Source: a virus (taxonomy: Duplodnaviria; Caudoviricetes). From it: a DNA stretch of 64,000 nt. Below, in pieces: positions 59,503 to 64,000 of the stretch; position 1 is the first letter of the stretch; every line of letters begins with the position of its first letter. The notes beneath the pieces were generated by a model that had not been told where the DNA came from, did not search any database, and saw nothing but the letters and a program-made list of their open reading frames with translations. The position numbers and the translations under genes are program-made. The DNA lies in IMG/VR virus record IMGVR_UViG_3300010348_001841; one strand, given 5' to 3'.

Positions 59503-60159
59503 ATGAACTACAAAAAATTATATGAACAGATAATCAACGTTGCTAGAGAAAGATCTCTATTACCCGGTATATATTTTGAAACTCATCATATAGTTCCTAA
59601 GTCACTAGGTGGTAGTGATTCTGCATCTAACCTGGTAAAACTTACCGCTAAAGAACACTTTGTTGCACATCACCTTCTATGGAAAATTTATAGAAATAAA
59701 GAAATGACTCATGCATTTATGTTGATGTGTAACACTAAAAGAGGCGGTGAAAAGTTCAAAATCAATGCAAAAGAATATCAGCTACTAAAAGAAGACAATC
59801 GTAAGTTTAGAAGTGAATTTATGAATGGCAGACCTGGTAATAATTTAGGTAAGACATTGCCACAGGAATGGCGCGATAATATTTCTAAGGGGCAAAAAGG
59901 CAAACCTAAGAAAAAAGGAAATCCTTCTCCGTTCAAAGGAAAAACACACACAATTGAAACTAAAAGAAAGATTAGTGAAAAACGTAAAGGTATAGCAACT
60001 AGAACTGGTATTCCTTTTTCAGAAGAAACTAAGAAGATGATGTCTGAGAATAGAAAAGGTAAAACAAAACAACCCTGGTCGGAAGAACGAAAAGCTGCCA
60101 GATCAGAAATGATGCGAGAGTTACATAAGAAACGTAAACAAGAAAAAAGCCCCGAATAA
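59503..60159 (+). CDS. HNH homing endonuclease (Mob-like) with NUMOD3 repeats
   Basis: ETHHIVPKSLGGSDSASNLVKLTAKEHFVAHHLL. Confidence 0.9.
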   Translation: MNYKKLYEQIINVARERSLLPGIYFETHHIVPKSLGGSDSASNLVKLTAKEHFVAHHLLWKIYRNKEMTHAFMLMCNTKRGGEKFKINAKEYQLLKEDNRKFRSEFMNGRPGNNLGKTLPQEWRDNISKGQKGKPKKKGNPSPFKGKTHTIETKRKISEKRKGIATRTGIPFSEETKKMMSENRKGKTKQPWSEERKAARSEMMRELHKKRKQEKSPE

Positions 60160-60170
60160 CGGGGCTTTTT
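60144..60170. terminator. bidirectional terminator
   Basis: AAAAAGCCCCG-AATAA-CGGGGCTTTTT. Confidence 0.85.
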
Positions 60171-60200
60171 AGTTTGTACCTTATAGTACCAATCTTTCGA

Positions 60201-61373
60201 TCAGTAAAATTTCAAGGTGGTCGAGTCGATACCAACCTTCGACAAGTAATCCGCTGCGTTACCGAACGAATTAGCTGTGTTGGTTAGCTCTAGATAGCCG
60301 TAACGTGTCATGAACGAAACGACTGGCTCGAATGTTTGTGGATCCATAACAGGACCAACGCTCATCAATGGGATGTATGGGCAGTAGTAAGCTGCGGCGT
60401 CAGTTTCTGTAGGTCCCTTGTATCCGATAAGAACTGGATCTGCATCGCTTGCGTATTGGTTAACATAAACACGCATTGTGCTGTTCAATGTACCAACAAA
60501 CTTTGTGTTTGTAGGTGCTTCGAATGTACCTTCTGTTGTACGTGCGAACGAAGATGTTGTTGCAGACTGAAGAATTGTCAACGCTGTTGGCGAAACAACT
60601 GCCCAGTTAGCAGCACCACGACGTGTACGTGCAGCGATAAGGTTAGCTTGCTGGTTGATCATAACTGCTAGAGCAGCCATTTCGTCACCAACGTATGTAG
60701 CTGTACCAGAAACCGCAGCTTGGTTGAATGTTGTCGGAGCAACAGGAACCAACGAACCAAGCTTGAATAGCATTTCTTGGTCGATTTCAACTGTAATTTC
60801 TTGTGCAAGAGCTTGCATGATTTCTGCTTCGATGTCGATACCGTGGATTGCGTTAGCATCTTGAGCAGCTTCGAAAGTCCAGCGAGCTGACAACTTACGT
60901 GTCTTAGCTTCAACTGTTTCCTTCAAAATTTGGATGCTCAACTTGTTACCTGGAACGCCTTCCATACGTGCTGTTGATGCTGCACCTGGGTCAGCAACAA
61001 CTTCGTTACCCGAATATGCCTTAGCAATTTCGAATGGACCAAGTGCTTCTGTACCAGCTGTTACACCAGCGGCTGTGTTAGCGTAGCGAACACGTAGAGT
61101 GTGGATCTGTCCTACTGGACCTGTAATAGGCTGAACACCCATGATTTCGTTAGCGATAACTGTAGGCATAACACGACGGATTAGGGGTAGCATTACCTTG
61201 TTTAGAACTGCAATGTTACCAGCTTGTGTTGCACCTGCTGTTGCCGATTCAGCCAAGTAACGACGTGTATTTTCAAATACAACGTCCATCGACTGACGAC
61301 GTGTGCCTGATAGGCCTTCTAGAAGGGCTTCTTTTGTTGCGCCCCAGTTTGATTCAAATAGCTTAGTTGCCAT
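60201..61373 (-). CDS. gp23: major capsid protein, T4 gp23-like
   Basis: RRVMPTVIANEIMGVQP, VEAKTRKLSARWT, YYCPYIPL, FMTRYG. Confidence 0.95.
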   Translation of the reverse strand: MATKLFESNWGATKEALLEGLSGTRRQSMDVVFENTRRYLAESATAGATQAGNIAVLNKVMLPLIRRVMPTVIANEIMGVQPITGPVGQIHTLRVRYANTAAGVTAGTEALGPFEIAKAYSGNEVVADPGAASTARMEGVPGNKLSIQILKETVEAKTRKLSARWTFEAAQDANAIHGIDIEAEIMQALAQEITVEIDQEMLFKLGSLVPVAPTTFNQAAVSGTATYVGDEMAALAVMINQQANLIAARTRRGAANWAVVSPTALTILQSATTSSFARTTEGTFEAPTNTKFVGTLNSTMRVYVNQYASDADPVLIGYKGPTETDAAAYYCPYIPLMSVGPVMDPQTFEPVVSFMTRYGYLELTNTANSFGNAADYLSKVGIDSTTLKFY

Positions 61374-61389
61374 TATAATTTCTCCTAAA

Positions 61390-62505
61390 TTACTTTCTGC
61401 CGGCTAGGGCTAAAATTCTTGCGAGATCCAACGATTCTTCTGTATCGCTGGGTTGAGCGACCTCCGCTCTGTTACCTGTTTTTGCAGACAATGTAGCTTC
61501 GTTCAACTGAGCCTTTGCAGGTGCAGGTTTACGGTCTGTAGCTTCATTTAGAACGCTTGGTAGATACTTGTTGTATGCACCTTGCAGATTCTTTGTCTGA
61601 ACTGATTCAAGTAATTCTTTCATAACCCCCTGCTTGTCCTTCGACAATGGTGCAAGAAGTTCATTCATAACCTTTTGTCTTTCGAGAAGGTCTTGGGATG
61701 TCTTGATTTTTGCATCCATTGATTCAACGATTCTCTGGCTCTTCTGGACTGTTTCCTTTAGGGCCTTCATTTCTTGATCCTTGGACTCAAGCATCTTCTG
61801 CATCTTCTTGATTTCTGTACCTTCATTTAGGTACGAAGTCATGAATTCAGCTGCAACGCTTTCAAAAATCTTACGACCAAAATCGTTTTCACGGGCGATA
61901 CGAATATCTTCCTTGAACTGTGTGATTTCGGAACGCAGAGTCTTCTCAATGTTAGACTCGATAATCTTAGCGGCGCGCTTTACAAATTGTGCCTTTGTTT
62001 CTTGTAGCTTTGCCTTTCCTTCTGCAACCATCTTAACCTTCTGCTCAACAAGAGACTTCTTGTCTGCGCGGAATTCGCGGATTTCTTCCGCTAGCTGCTT
62101 CAATAGGAAATTCTCAAGCTTAGAGAAGTTTTCCTTCATAGCCTTCTTCTCGGCATGGAATTCTTTCATCTCTTTTGCTACTGCTTCTGTAATGAACTTG
62201 TTTAGAAGTCCTGTGTGTTCAGTTAGCTTGCTCTTGTAGGCAATGCGTTCTGCGACAAGTTGTCTCTTGTCTTCGGCGAATTCTTCGAGTTCAGCGCGGA
62301 CTTTTTCTGTTAGAAAACGGTCCATTGATTCTACTAAGGTGCCTTTATCGTGTTCGAATTTACGTGCAAATTCCTCGCGGAGTGTTGCAGCTACTTCTTC
62401 ACGTGCTTCAGCAATCTTAGCTTCCCAAAGACCAACAATCTGGCCCCTAGTCTCTTCGGACAGTCCAATGCTTTCACTCAAGATCTCATCAATTTTCTTT
62501 GCCAT
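61390..62505 (-). CDS. prohead scaffold protein, gp22-like
   Basis: Long coiled coil between protease and capsid genes. Confidence 0.8.
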   Translation of the reverse strand: MAKKIDEILSESIGLSEETRGQIVGLWEAKIAEAREEVAATLREEFARKFEHDKGTLVESMDRFLTEKVRAELEEFAEDKRQLVAERIAYKSKLTEHTGLLNKFITEAVAKEMKEFHAEKKAMKENFSKLENFLLKQLAEEIREFRADKKSLVEQKVKMVAEGKAKLQETKAQFVKRAAKIIESNIEKTLRSEITQFKEDIRIARENDFGRKIFESVAAEFMTSYLNEGTEIKKMQKMLESKDQEMKALKETVQKSQRIVESMDAKIKTSQDLLERQKVMNELLAPLSKDKQGVMKELLESVQTKNLQGAYNKYLPSVLNEATDRKPAPAKAQLNEATLSAKTGNRAEVAQPSDTEESLDLARILALAGRK

Positions 62506-62517
62506 CTTGAGTTCTCC

Positions 62518-63162
62518 TTAAATTTTCAACTCGTTGATCAACTTCTGAACGTCTTTAAACAACTGTTTCTGGGCTGAAGCTTCGTACAGGGCACTTTTTG
62601 CAGTATCCATGACTCGGGCTCCACCCTTCATGTTGTATAGACTTTCATAGATTGTCCTAGGAAACGCATTAGGAGCACTTGGTTGCGCAACAATGTCAAC
62701 AGTCACGATTTCAAACTCTGAAACACGACCGCCGTCATCAACGTTTCCAGAACCACGGGATGAAACACCCAACTTTGCGCCCGACATCAACATTGTCTTT
62801 ACAATGCTACCCATCGGAGTTGGAATAATTTTCAACTTACCGTATCCGTCTGCACCTTCCATCCACATTTCTGTGATGAGGTGGCTAACGCGGTCAAGAT
62901 TGATAGAAAGCTCTTCCGGGTGGTCAAGCTCTCCCATAACACTCTGTCCCGCTGCTAATTTTTCAGTAATGGAATTTACAGCCCTAGCAATTTCACGAAC
63001 TGGATAAACACGTTGGTTCTGGTTTCTTACGTCACCCTGAATAAAGATCCCCTTCATGCAGAGATCTTTACCACCTGTCATCTTGTTATCTTCTTCGAAG
63101 AGCGTTGCATGAGCTCTGTCGAATGCGACAAATTCGTAAAGTTTATTTGACATGGCTATCAT
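62518..63162 (-). CDS. gp21: prohead protease, gp21-like
   Basis: GIFIQGD.RNQNQRVYP, GELDHP, GVSSRGSG, DIVAQPSAPNA. Confidence 0.95.
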   Translation of the reverse strand: MIAMSNKLYEFVAFDRAHATLFEEDNKMTGGKDLCMKGIFIQGDVRNQNQRVYPVREIARAVNSITEKLAAGQSVMGELDHPEELSINLDRVSHLITEMWMEGADGYGKLKIIPTPMGSIVKTMLMSGAKLGVSSRGSGNVDDGGRVSEFEIVTVDIVAQPSAPNAFPRTIYESLYNMKGGARVMDTAKSALYEASAQKQLFKDVQKLINELKI

Positions 63163-63170
63163 TTAAATCC

Positions 63171-64000
63171 TTACGCTGGCTTCTTGGTAAGTGGTGACTT
63201 TGTGAAGCCCTCACCGGATGCCTTGCCGCCTGTCCACTTTGCAGTAGTATCGGCCTTAACACCAGATGTCTTTGGCTTTACATTTACGTTGTCAGTAGGA
63301 GTGTCGTCCTTAGCTGAATCACCGTTGTACTTTCCATACTCACCGCCGGTTGCCTTGCTTCCCAATAGATTGTCTGGCTTTCCACCGTAGTCCTTCTTAG
63401 AAGGAGCTCTTGTGAATACTGACTTATCTTGTTCTGCACCAAGTGGAGTATCCTTACCAGTACCAACTAGACCTGCCTTACCCTTCTGACCGGTATCGCC
63501 TGTCTTGTTCAAGAACTTAGTTTCTTCATCCATCTTAGCCTTCTTGTCCATTTCTCCCTTCTTCTTCTCAGGAGCCTTGTCAAGCTTGCCGTCTTTCTTC
63601 TTCTCGTGCATTACTGCTACAACTTCACCGACAACTTGTTCGGTTCCGTCCATTGCAGGACCAGCTTCGGCGTCCATGCCGTCATCGCCAAAATCAGCAG
63701 CTAGATCAGCATGCTGTGGCTCTTGCATTTCTTCGCCCATTAGTGCATCAAATTCTGCACGAAGTTCAGCTAGTTGAGCTTCGAGGTCGTCGATGCGTTC
63801 TTCTGTACCTTCTTCACCAGAAGCAACTTCGTCGCCTACTTCATCTTCTGCTTCAGCGTCGTCGTCTTCGGCTTCGCCGTCGGCTTCTTCATCTGAGGCA
63901 ATTTCTTCTTTGTCTGTTGCGATTTCGTCTGTGAAATCTTTATTTGGTTCTCCGCCAACTTCGTCGGATTCGTCGATCTTTTCATCATCAGTCTCGTCGA
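63171..64000 (-). CDS. acidic prohead core protein, 5' end outside window
   Basis: Frame open to the window end, very D/E-rich; upstream of gp21. Confidence 0.7.
   Translation of the reverse strand, partial: DETDDEKIDESDEVGGEPNKDFTDEIATDKEEIASDEEADGEAEDDDAEAEDEVGDEVASGEEGTEERIDDLEAQLAELRAEFDALMGEEMQEPQHADLAADFGDDGMDAEAGPAMDGTEQVVGEVVAVMHEKKKDGKLDKAPEKKKGEMDKKAKMDEETKFLNKTGDTGQKGKAGLVGTGKDTPLGAEQDKSVFTRAPSKKDYGGKPDNLLGSKATGGEYGKYNGDSAKDDTPTDNVNVKPKTSGVKADTTAKWTGGKASGEGFTKSPLTKKPA

Noticed and set aside
31433-63934. Numerous plus-strand V/P/A-rich ORFs over the fibre and capsid genes, and 24804-25949
   Set aside because: Antisense shadows of minus-strand genes with recognisable motifs
1-64000. 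Genome-wide stop-codon reassignment (code 4 or 15), suggested by the RF1-like gene and amber tRNA
   Set aside because: Long structural genes are intact in code 11; TGA ends the major capsid gene and forms ATGA overlaps; TAG ends other genes

Overview
Window from a large T4-like (gp21/22/23-type) jumbo myophage using the standard genetic code; spanin genes suggest a Gram-negative host. Bases 1-30500 are a minus-strand translation-maintenance island. It holds about 39 tRNAs covering all 20 amino acids plus an amber anticodon, many non-canonical tRNA-like RNAs, a permuted two-piece tmRNA, an RNase P RNA, an RF1-like release factor, a Pth2-like hydrolase, an HD hydrolase and about 9 freestanding endonucleases. 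Bases 30700-64000 are virion genes: tail fibres and adhesins, neck, tail terminator, major capsid, scaffold and prohead protease. The most notable signals are cis-acting devices that appear to sense translation failure. (1) A 52-codon leader peptide with all 20 amino acids and a terminator/antiterminator pair sits at the head of the tRNA array. (2) The release factor has an in-frame UGA at a normally Trp position. (3) A Met-Met-amber minigene gates the RBS of the Pth operon, next to an amber tRNA. There is also a six-member ncRNA family with a covarying stem and CAGCAA motif that carries tRNA parts, two members being circular permutations of each other. All calls were made by eye; no database searches were run.
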